A DNA stretch of 52,801 nt from Octopus bimaculoides (taxonomy: Eukaryota): contig NC_068983.1 of assembly GCF_001194135.2 (NCBI RefSeq), positions 95,121,967 to 95,174,767 on the forward strand, read 5' to 3'. The notes under the pieces are model-generated. The model searched no databases. It had not been told where the DNA came from and saw only the letters and a program-made list of their open reading frames with translations. This document shows, piece by piece, positions 1 through 10,323 of this stretch. Position 1 is the first letter of the stretch. Every line of letters starts with the position of its first letter. A program made the position numbers and the translations under genes.

Positions 1-67
1 GTTTCAGAATATATTTCATTTACTTCTAATTCTTAGCGTTTCCTTAGAGAGATAGATGAAAAACTAA

Positions 68-120
<53 letters not shown>

Positions 121-128
121 CAGATAGA
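68..128. repeat. (GATA)n microsatellite
   Basis: Direct reading; one GACA variant. Confidence 0.97.
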
Positions 129-995
129 TTTATTAGCCACGCAGAGCCAAATACAGAGGGGACAATACAATGTAGAACTTTTCTTTTCGAAAGAGAAAAA
201 AAATACGATCAAAAGGGATCGAAATCGTTTGGGACGTGTAAACAGCGAAATAACAATGTTCCGTTTGTAATAAAGTTCCCAAAAGGGGGAGTAAAAATAT
301 AATACAGATTAGGTTTATCCGTGACAAGAAAAGCCTACGAAAAAGACCACGGTAACCGCAGGCAGGCAAAGAAATACATGAGAACAAAGCGTGCTATCTC
401 TCTCTTTTGGATTTACAGGATCATGCTCAAAGTGGTTTCGTCATTTACGCGTACCATCTTTGCTACATTCACCCACCTTTTATTGAAACTTTCATGAGAC
501 AAAGCTTCCCTCTCTATTTTCACCTTCCTCTTCAAGTGATACTTGAAGAAGCTGATGAGCGATTGGCCAGAGAGGAAAGTGTTTGTCTCTAAACCTTTCG
601 TACGGGTCCACCACACACATTCTTTCACCATAGCCACCAGTACAATGAAAACTGCCTTGTCTTCCCGGCTAAAGGAAGGTGGCGAGGCAATATTCACGAT
701 AGACTCGGCCAATAATCGAATTCGCCCTACATGTGACAGCAGTCGTTCGGCATAAGCCCACAGGTCTGAAATGGTTGCACACTGCACGAGTACGTGCAGA
801 ACGGTTTCGTCGCTCTGACCGCATTTCGGGCAAGTCGGTCCGGTGTTTCTCGAACCGTACCTATAGAGCTTATTCCGAACGGGCAATGCTTCCCAATAAC
901 ACTGTCAGGTCAGGGATCTCTGGTGATTGTCCATAGGTCCCAGCCCGAAAGTGGTCCTGAAGATGCGGGTCAGGTGTTTCTCGTCGACGCCCATC
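129..995 (-). mobile_element. 5'-truncated Tx1/L1-clade LINE (ORF2 C-terminus, T-rich 3' UTR, AATAAA)
   Basis: Minus strand reads [43 protein letters not shown], the CCHC zf-RVT motif typical of L1/Tx1 ORF2. The 3' UTR ends GTGGCTAATAAA at 129. Confidence 0.85.
413..886 (-). pseudogene. Tx1/L1 ORF2 C-terminal fragment with CCHC zinc knuckle
   Basis: 157-aa ORF with CPKC-x-ETVLH-x-C. The frame continues upstream past a TGA at 905-907. Confidence 0.8.
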
Positions 996-1052
<57 letters not shown>

Positions 1053-1246
1053 GTAGGTAGGTAGGTAGGTAGGTAGGTAGGTAGGTAGGTAGGTAGGTAG
1101 GTAGGTAAGTAGGTAGGGAGGGAGGGAGGCAGGCAGGCAGGGAGGGAGGCAGGGAGGGAGGCAGGTAGGTAGGTAGGTAGGTAGGCAGGCAGGCAGGTAG
1201 GTAGGTAGGTAGGTAGGTAGGTAGGTAGGTAAGTAGGTAGGTAGGT
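996..1246. repeat. compound microsatellite (GATA)n-(GGTA)n with GGCA/GGGA variants
   Basis: Direct reading. Confidence 0.97.
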
Positions 1247-1565
1247 CTTCTATTTTTTAATTATTATAAATCTTCTACTGAGGAAGGAGCCGGCTTCCAA
1301 CAAAAGTGCAAGGCTCCATCTTTAGGATGTAGTTAACACAAACAAATTCACATTTGCAACTTGAGAAAAGTTTTGCATATTTGTACTGTTCCACTCACAG
1401 ATTGAACTTGTAATGTACGAATCAGCCGGTCATTTTCTCTTTCTGAAAATCCCATTTATCCAGATTCTCCTTTAAGCATTTACTAACAAAACCTAGTGCT
1501 CCAATTATTATTGGTATATATAAGAATTCATAGTCTGGATATAGAAGCTGGAGGTTTCGAAGCAT
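1247..1565 (-). mobile_element. 3' end of an RLE-type (R4/Dong-like) LINE
   Basis: Minus strand reads LRNLQLLYPDYEFLYIPIIIGALGFVSKCLKENLDK/GFSERENDRLIRTLQVQSVSGTVQICKTFLKLQM* (one frameshift). PIIIGALG and the terminal helix are typical of R4-clade C-termini; a short 3' UTR follows. Confidence 0.8.
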
Positions 1566-1618
1566 GTATGTATGCATGTATGTATGTATGTATGTATGTA
1601 TGTATGTATGTGTGTATA
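1564..1618. repeat. (TGTA)n microsatellite
   Basis: Direct reading. Confidence 0.95.
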
Positions 1619-1622
1619 CATG

Positions 1623-1786
1623 GGCGCAGATGTGGTTGTGTCAGTAAAAAGCTTACTTCCTAACCATATGGTCTTGGGTTCAGTCCCACTATGCATCTCC
1701 TTGGACAAGTGTCTTCTACTATTGCCACGGAGCGACCAAAGCCTTGTGAGTGGATTTAGCTGGCGGAAACTAAAAAACGCCCGTCA

Positions 1787-1842
<56 letters not shown>

Positions 1843-2060
1843 TTTGTGTTTATGCTGTCTTTGTCCTCTATTACCTCCTGACAACCGTCGTTGCTTTGTT
1901 TACGTCCCCTGTGACCTAGTAGTTCTGCAAAAGACACTGATAGAATAAGTACCAAACTTTAAAAAATAAGTACTGCGGTCGATCTGTTCGACTAAACCCT
2001 TCAAGATGGTGCTCAAGCATGACCGCAGTCCAATAACTAAGACAAGTAAAAAAAAAAAAG
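1623..2060 (+). mobile_element. SINE-A: tRNA-like head, internal (GT)n, conserved tail
   Basis: Head with A/B-box-like motifs (GGTTCAGTCCC), body GGCAAGTGTCTTCTACTAT..GTGAGTGGATTT, and tail GCATGACCGCAGTC..ACAAGTAAAA. These recur many times in the window. Confidence 0.85.
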
Positions 2061-3101
2061 ATTTTTTTTTTTTGCTGATAATATTATATGCATGTGAGTG
2101 GGTTAAGACGGGGTAGTATTCTAGAATTTTGGTTATCATACCTTCGTATTCAACACTTAAGAAGTAGAAAATACATCAGACGAAAATCAAAAGCAGCGTG
2201 AGAAAAAAGAAAACAAAAGACAAAAATCAAGTTGACTCGTCAAATTTTTTATATTCGTCTTGGTTATTTACTGAGAACGTTTTGTTTTGTTTTGTTTTCT
2301 TCTTGAATGCGATCACGTGTTTTTACCTACTTTTACCTACGGAAAAGGCAGTTTGCATTTGGTAACGAAATAAATAACGAATAAATAAATAAATTATAAA
2401 CGAAGAAGAAATTGAAAGTCAGAGCCTGGTTTCCAATACGACCCAGCAACTGCACCTATCTTTCCCGATCCTCCTCTCCCCCCACTGAAAAAGGAATAAT
2501 AGGTTCTCTGTGTTAACAAAAATAATTCTGCGCAAATGTTTTAGAAATTAGCGAACTTGTACAATTTTAGAACAATCAGAGAATGTAGAATCTGAAAAAT
2601 CAATCCCAGCGGCCATTTTGAGATGTCAAAATAGCTACCTTAAAATATATATTTAGTGCTATCTCCGCTTCTAGAAAATTTAGAAACTTCAGTGTACTAA
2701 TTCTATGAAGTCTTAATCAAGGGATCCAGTAAAAGCCTCAAAATAGAACTCTTGTTTATAGAAAAATAACAAAGCTAATGAAAATCATTGTCCTTATATT
2801 TGTTGCATTATATATATTGCAAGTCCATTGAATTTATAGGTTTGGGTTCTTAAAACAAAAAAGCAACCGTGTTAGCTATCCGATGTAGATATTACAATAG
2901 ATCTATTAGGTTTCAGAAATAGTACTTTTTATTGACCTTCATCATTACTGTTAATCTCCTTTTTCCGCACTACACTCCGTGGTATTTTCACTGTCACTTC
3001 CATATTAACGAGAATCTGTACAAACTAAGGTGTGTCAATTGCATGAACACCTCTAGGTTGTGCTATTAGCTCTATACAGGTATATATGACCAACTCGACC
3101 C

Positions 3102-3196
<95 letters not shown>
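3102..3196. repeat. (TAG)n microsatellite
   Basis: Direct reading; explains the poly-Thr ORF. Confidence 0.98.
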
Positions 3197-3457
3197 AGAA
3201 CTGTAAACTGGCATAAAATGTAATATTTTTTAAATAAGCCAAAAAATATTTTTGTAATGGTATTCACTTGAAAATAATTTTTGAAAAATTAAAATATTGT
3301 CTGTTTAAAGAAAGCTAAAATATAAATACTGTACAAATAACTTGTATTTTTGAAATCACATTCACTTTAAAATATTTTTAAATGATTAAAATATTGTGTT
3401 TAATAGAAACGTTTACTGTAAAAACAACTCGTATGTTTTTGTTGGCAAGTTAAAGTC

Positions 3458-3788
3458 ACTAAGACTTTCGTACGGGTCGTGAAGGTCGTGAAGTTTGCCT
3501 TCAAAATACAGAAGGCATTGATCATAATGTCTGTAATCGAAAGGTTAGAATCTCTTCCTTTTCAGGGTTATGTTATTTTCGGAGTATTTTCCCATTTTGC
3601 ACCGTTTTGGGTACTTATAAATACCATAAAAACAGCCATATCTCATGAATCCGTGGTCCGATTTATACGAAACTTGTTTATTCTGAGAAGTACCTTAATT
3701 CATAGTATTTTCCCATTATGTGCCAGTATGGTTGTATTAAATGACAGACAAGCAAGCAAGCAATCAGAAAGTTTTAGTAGTATATAGA
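3458..3788. mobile_element. possible Helentron-associated non-autonomous (DINE-1/HINE-like) element
   Basis: Ends GACAGACAAGCAAGCAAGC..TTTTAGTAGTATATAGAT; a similar terminus occurs at 29032-29078. Confidence 0.4.
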
Positions 3789-4749
3789 TTGGCCTGATTC
3801 TAACTTTAGCACAGGTATAAATAAAAGACACTTGTAATAGAATAATCCTTCTTTCCTCGGCAATATCAGAGATGTAATATTCTTCTTATTCTGTATTTAC
3901 AAATATAGCATCACCCGCTCTCTCTCTCTCTCTCTCTCTCTCTTGCCTTCGTCGGCCACTAGAAAACTATTAACCTGTTATCAAAGACAAATCTCGATTG
4001 AGCCTTAATTACCCGTTACTCTCTTCCAAGACAACTAATAGTACGCCTTCTACAACAACAATAACAACAACAACAATCGGCGATTCTCTAACAGACCAAT
4101 TCATCGCAGTTGTAATAATTCATAACGGTTAAATAAATGCTATGTTAAATATGAACTATGCCTTCCGTCAATTTATTTCAAGAATCCTGAAATTACAATG
4201 TCGTCTTTCGCTACCTATCTTCAAATATAGCCTCCACCAAACTTATTGCCAATGTTTATTATCAATTACACGGTTACAATTGGTTACAAAATGCTTTATC
4301 TCTTAAGTTCAAATTACAGCGTGGTCGAAGCCAAGAATTTAGTGTGAAATTCATGAAAAATGTCAGTTATCTGTACATCCACAATTACAAATAGAAAATA
4401 GCGCGAGGTTTATGAATATTCAATGGATAAGCACGTGTTCGATCATGTGATGACAACATTTGTGAAATCACACACTAACCCACAAGATATACAAAAGCTA
4501 ACTTGTAAAGTAAGGTAAATCAAAAATAAAAAAAAAGGAATATATAACTCATACAAAAGACAGTGAGACAGTGAGAAAGAAAAAAGTCGAATATCAACTG
4601 CTAACTCATAAAATGATTTCTTTTTTAAGAAAGGAACTATTGTTTTGTTTGTATGTTTTGTTTTATTTTCCTGTGCCTGTTCACGTGATTCACAAGGAAT
4701 AACGGAAAATATGTAAATATGCTTTTTACATTTAACGGTGAGATGGTAG

Positions 4750-4909
4750 CAGGGCCCGCTCAAGGCACCGGAAACTCGAGCAGTCACCTGGTGCGCCATG
4801 TGCTAGAGGGTGCAAGGAGGGTGTGACAAAGAAAATTTCCACGACCGTCAGCTTCTACACGCCGAAGTTCAGCTTGCTCAGGGCGTCAGCAACACTAAGG
4901 CCGGAGCTA
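4750..4909. mobile_element. decayed hAT-type MITE
   Basis: GC-rich 160 bp flanked by an 8-bp TSD (GATGGTAG / AATGGTAG). The ends CAGGGCCCGCTCAAGG and ACTAAGGCCGGAGCTA are only weakly complementary (8/16). Confidence 0.5.
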
Positions 4910-5123
4910 AATGGTAGGGTTCAAATACTTTGGCGGTCAACTTTGCTTTTCATCTTATCGGATTCGATTCAGTTTGATCAACTGCCGATCTGTGCCAACA
5001 GGAAATGAATGGATTTATATTGTGTAATAGAAGCTAAAAATATCCGCCCAACCGCTGAGACAGGTGAAATAGTACATCGGTCGATTTGAATACGCTGCTG
5101 TCGTGTCAATATTATCTAACTAC

Positions 5124-5465
5124 AAGGCGGTGAGCTGGCAGAATCGTTAGCACGCCGGACAAAATGTTTTGCGGCATTTCGTCCGTCCTTACGTTCTGCG
5201 TTTAAATTCCACCGAGGTAGGCTGTGCCTTTCACCCTTTCGAGATCGATAAATTAAGTACCAGTTGAGCACAGGGATCGATGTAACCGACTTAACCTTTC
5301 ACCGAAATTGCTGACCTTGTGTCAAATTTTAAAACCATTACCATTATTATTAAGGTGGCGAGCTGGCAGAATCGTTAGCACTTCAGGTAAAATTTTGAGT
5401 TCAAATTCCACCTCTGTTAACTGTTCCTTTCATCCTTTAGGAGTCGATAAAATAAGTACCAGTTT
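5124..5465 (+). mobile_element. two tandem SINE-B copies (5124-5340; 5352-5465 partial)
   Basis: AAGGCGGTGAGCTGGCAGAATCGTTAG (A box) .. GAGTTCAAATTCC (B box) .. TTTCATCCTTT..GATAAAATAAGTACCAG .. CCTTGTGTCAAATTTTAAAACC. Confidence 0.9.
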
Positions 5466-6019
5466 ATCATTGCCCGGGAATGAAATTGTTGCTTATTGGT
5501 ACTTGGAAACTTTTACGNNNNNNNNNNNNNNNNNNNNNNNNNNNNNNNNNNNNNNNNNNNNNNNNNNNNNNNNNNNNNNNNNNNNNNNNNNNNNNNNNNN
5601 NNNNNNNNNNNNNNNNNTGTGTGCATAAGTGACCGTGTGTGTGCTTCTCAACCTAGTAATAATACATGTATTATACATATGCACACACACATATATATAT
5701 ACATATATACATATCAATGTGCGTGCATACATACATACGTACAGACAGACACACACACACACACACACATACACACACATACGCAAGCACGCACAAACTT
5801 TCACACACATACATCGTTCGACTGATCGGTTGATCGCTCGATCGATTCATCCATCTCTCAACATATACATATACAAGCAAACTCAAACATACAAACACAC
5901 ACACACACAGAGGCTGCAAGGGGTATTTGAGGATATTTAATAATCAGAATATTGCTCTCCTCAAAACACATCAAAAGTCTTCAATATCTTTCCGATCCCC
6001 CATGGCAAATAAAATGCTA

Positions 6020-6600
6020 ACTTAAGAAATGAAAAAAGTATGCAATAGTTATTGTTGCCATATGTGAGAATCACAGCGATTTAGAAATTGTCAACTTTCT
6101 AAATGTTGCAAACTTTTTGTACTCAAAATTCAGATGGGGTTGGAAGCTCTGGCGAGAATTGTTCTACTGCATCAAAGAGAAAAAAACATTGTAAACGTTC
6201 GGATATTCTTGTAGGAACGGGTTCAAAACATTACTAATGATTCTGGAAATAAATGAAAGCCATCACCCACTAACTTCGGGCATCAGAGTGGACTATCAGA
6301 ATTGTGGGGAAAGAGGAGAAGTTATATAAGTCGAATGTACAAAGGAGTGGTCAATTCACTTCTGAAACAGGGAAAGCCGTTTGGTCTGTGCCAAGCAGTT
6401 ACTTAACAAGGTTAAAAATGTGGTGAACATGTCATGCTACGGTTCTTTAATGAGGAAAACTTCGGCCAAGACCACACATCTAACCGGAAAAATGACAGAT
6501 GGTTATGTGCAGGTCCTTCTGCTGTCCTCGGAGTGATGCACACTGAGTTTCAAGCAGCTGCGGTATTAGGAGCGGTTAGTAACGGAAGTCATAACAAACA
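6020..6600 (+). mobile_element. maT/DD37D-like Tc1/mariner transposase fragment (N-terminal half), frameshifted
   Basis: Reads HSDLEIVNFLNVA..SKRKKHCKRSD..FFNEENFGQDHTSNRKNDRWLC..VMHT..VLGAVSN; homologous to 27082-27579. Confidence 0.75.
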
Positions 6601-8240
6601 AGGTTACTGTGGCTTTAGATGTGGATAAGACCAAGTCATTTGTCCTGACAAGGAGACTTCAATGCACATGCTACTATCTGTCACTGTCGTGGAAAGAAGC
6701 GATTGTGGAAATGGGAATTGGATTGTGACTCTAAACTTAATGCAGATGAAGAAGACTTACTAGACTCCTTTACTGGGAATGAGTTCTCCATTATGAACAC
6801 ATTCTTAGAGCACTGTGATACTTAGGGACAGAGGTCACTGATAGATTCTGTGCTGGACATTTGTGTAAAGAGAAGGATGGAGATATCAGCTGATCACCAC
6901 TTTGTTGTCTGCAACATGAGACTATCCGCAACAAGGAGATCTCACAAAACTGTGCGACTAACTGGATAAAGTGAGAAGTGCTGGCAGATGAAGGACCCAA
7001 AACAAATATGCGCACGCTATTGCATCCAGATTCAGAGCCCCTCCTGAACAGACTGAGGATGTCGAAACGTAGTGGAGATTATTTTGTTCGGTAGGTTTTT
7101 TCTTTGACTGTACAATGTAGTGGACGAAAACAACTGGATGTGGAGCCAGGTAACAAAAGAATCTTCTAGTTTAATCAGGAAGTTAAAAATGCCTCCCGAG
7201 CAGAGAAAAAAGCTTACAAAGCTTCGTTTGGTAACAAGTCTCCCCTTTGCACAGGCGTTACACTGAGACACGAAAAGTTGATGCAAAGACAGTTACAACG
7301 TTAGGGGAGTGCTTTGGAGTTAAGATGGACTCTAACTTTACATTGGCCAATAAAGTATTCTGGCTGGCCATCCTCTAGCTTTGTAACAAGAAGCCTTCTT
7401 CTGCACCTGCCGTTTAGAACTTAGCTAGGGTTCTTCTTTCTATAGAGAAGAGCATCCTTAGGAGATAAAGAGAATACTTTGCTGATCTTCTACATCCAGT
7501 TTCGATAAAATCCTCGTGTGGACATGTGGTGTACCTAGTGGCAAAGACTAACCTAACACAGGCTAAAGTAACACAAGCGATTAAAGTGCTCAAATGTGGC
7601 AGAGGATGAAATTCGACCTGAGATGTTAAGAGCCTTAAATAGAGAGGGTATTCTCTGGATGACTTGTATATAATCCCAATTTTTAAAAAGAACGACAAGA
7701 GAGAGTGATTTAATTTTAGAAGAATCTTCTTGTTGAACTTCCCTGGTAGTTTACGATAGGTGTCTGGAAAAGACTTTTGGGGAGACTGTTGAAGCCCCAA
7801 CTTGCTGAGGAGCAGTGTGGTTTTCATCCTGGCTATAGCACAACCGACAAGATATTCACTCTGTGGTAGGTCTTCGAGAAGTCGTACGAATATTGACAAA
7901 AGATGCACGCTTGTTTTATAAACCTCGAAAAAGCATAGGACCTCATGCAGCAGGACATGCTGTATAGAGCTTGCAGTAGGTTTGGATTAATGGGCAACTT
8001 CTGGTTGCCATGAAGTCCCTATACGAATGCACAGATGGTGTAAAATCGGAACCTTTCAATGTAGATATTAATCTTCGGTAGGGATGTGTACTGTCACCTC
8101 TTCTTTTCATAATTATTTTGCTCTGGATCGACATGCACGACTGTTGCGTAAATGATGTCCCCATAGATGTGAATAGCATGGTTCGGGTGATATCTGTAGA
8201 CGACATTGTGCTACATAGCTCATCAGAACCGAACTATACC
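6600..8240 (+). mobile_element. RTE-clade LINE fragment (APE and RT), decayed
   Basis: Motifs across frames: GDFNAH, NEFSIMNTF, GQRSLID, ADHHFVVC, DEIRPEMLRAL, IPIFKKND, EEQCGF, CFINLEKA, GCVLSPLLF, SVDDIVL. Confidence 0.85.
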
Positions 8241-8767
8241 TAAACAGACATTAGGTCCAGAAAAGAAACATGATTTTTTTTTTTTAGGAAACGGTCTTAT
8301 ATAACAACGATTAAACTCAAATAGTTACCCGGGTACAAAAAAATTTATGATAAACAATAAAAACATTAAACATCTAAGAAACTAGATTAGAACAACTTTC
8401 AAAAAATATTCATTACAAATAAAACAAAAGAAACTATCACAGAGAGAAATGTTTAGCTCTCACAGACCAATGTAAGTAAAACAATAGAATTTGACTGGCA
8501 CAATAGAATGCAGCATGCACGAAACACTTTAGGTTTTAGAACACAAAGAATAAAGCGTGATAATAGTTAGTGGATGAACTCTCACAGTGGAAGGAAAATA
8601 ACACGATGAATCTTGCCTGGTTGGTTATTTAAAAAGGAATATAGAAAGAAAATTCAAAAGGCAAACAAAGAGTAGAAGAAGGGTGAAAAAATGCAAGTCT
8701 TGGAGAAATGACGCTTCAAGTATCAATTCCGAACAAAAATATACTCTCCAACCCATAATAATAATAA

Positions 8768-9143
8768 CTTTCGACTTTGACACAAAGGCCATCAGCCTTG
8801 AGGGGAGGGTGAAGTCGTTTACATCGTCTCCATTTGATTGGTACTTTATTTTGTTGACCCCCGAAAAGATGAAACACACAGTCGATCCTTCGGTTTCTAA
8901 TTTAGGCACAAAGCCATAAATTTTGAAAGTAGGGGGTTAGGCAATACCTTTGATTAACCCCTTACATTCGACTAATCCTACGACCCATCAAATAAGATGA
9001 ATGGTACTCTGTTTCATCATCTCAGGGAAATGAAAGGCAAAGTTGACTTCGGCGGGATTTGAACTTAGATGGTAAAATCCGGAACCGATACTGTTAAGCA
9101 TCTTATTTGATGCTGCAACGATCTGCCAGCTTGTCGCCTTTTT
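8768..9143 (-). mobile_element. two tandem SINE-B copies
   Basis: Reverse complement of the SINE-B head and body; two GGC(C/T)TTGTG(T/C)C tails. Confidence 0.8.
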
Positions 9144-9371
9144 AACAATAATAACAATGATATAATGAAAATAAAAAAATAAATAATGAGGGAAATGTAG
9201 ACGAATCAGTAAAAACGTAAATGAAATTAACAGAATAAAATTCATCAGCAAGCAGCTTCATAAAGTAATAAACAAATACACAGTTTCTAATTTCAGGCTA
9301 AAATACTAAATCAATAAATATCATGAATTCCATTGACTTAGCAGTAAAATCAGTATTGTCCGTAAAACTAA

Positions 9372-9591
9372 GGCGGCGAACTGGCAGAGTCGTTACCGCG
9401 CCGGGTAAAATGCTTAACGGCATTCCGTCTGTTCTTACGATCTGAGTTCAAATTCCACCCAGGTAAACTTTGCCTCTCATCCTTAAGGGATCGATAAAAT
9501 AAGTATCGGTTGAGTACTGGGGTCGATGTAATCGACTTAATCTCTCCTCCCGAACATGCTGGCCTTGTGTCAAAATTTGAAACCGAAATTT
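9372..9591 (+). mobile_element. full-length SINE-B with 13-bp TSD
   Basis: TCCGTAAAACTAA at 9359-9371 and 9592-9604. Confidence 0.92.
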
Positions 9592-10323
9592 TCCGTAAAA
9601 CTAACTCAGATGTCAATTTCTCTTAGAAATGTGAAGTTACTTTTCNNNNNNNNNNNNNNNNNNNNNNNNNNNNNNNNNNNNNNNNNNNNNNNNNNNNNNN
9701 NNNNNNNNNNNNNNNNNNNNNNNNNNNNNNNNNNNNNNNNNNNNNNNNNNNNNNNNNNNNNNNNNNNNNNNNNNNNNNNNNNNNNNNNNNNNNNNNNNNN
9801 NNNNNNNNNNNNNNNNNNNNNNNNNNNNNNNNNNNNNNNNNNNNNNNNNNNNNNNNNNNNNNNNNNNNNNNNNNNNNNNNNNNNNNNNNNNNNNNNNNNN
9901 NNNNNNNNNNNNNNNNNNNNNNNNNNNNNNNNNNNNNNNNNNNNNNNNNNNNNNNNNNNNNNNNNNNNNNNNNNNNNNNNNNNNNNNNNNNNNNNNNNNN
10001 NNNNNNNNNNNNNNNNNNNNNNNNNNNNNNNNNNNNNNNNNNNNNNNNNNNNNNNNNNNNNNNNNNNNNNNNNNNNNNNNNNNNNNNNNNNNNNNNNNNN
10101 NNNNNNNNNNNNNNNNNNNNNNNNNNNNNNNNNNNNNNNNNNNNNNNNNNNNNNNNNNNNNNNNNNNNNNNNNNNNNNNNNNNNNNNNNNNNNNNNNNNN
10201 NNNNNNNNNNNNNNNNNNNNNNNNNNNNNNNNNNNNNNNNNNNNNNNNNNNNNNNNNNNNNNNNNNNNNNNNNNNNNNNNNNNNNNNNNNNNNNNNNNNN
10301 NNNNNNNNNNNNNNNNNNNNNNN

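Noticed and set aside
2600-2620. GCGGCCATTTT YY1-like promoter motif
   Set aside because: Isolated short motif with no CpG island or nearby gene; the surroundings look like MITE debris.
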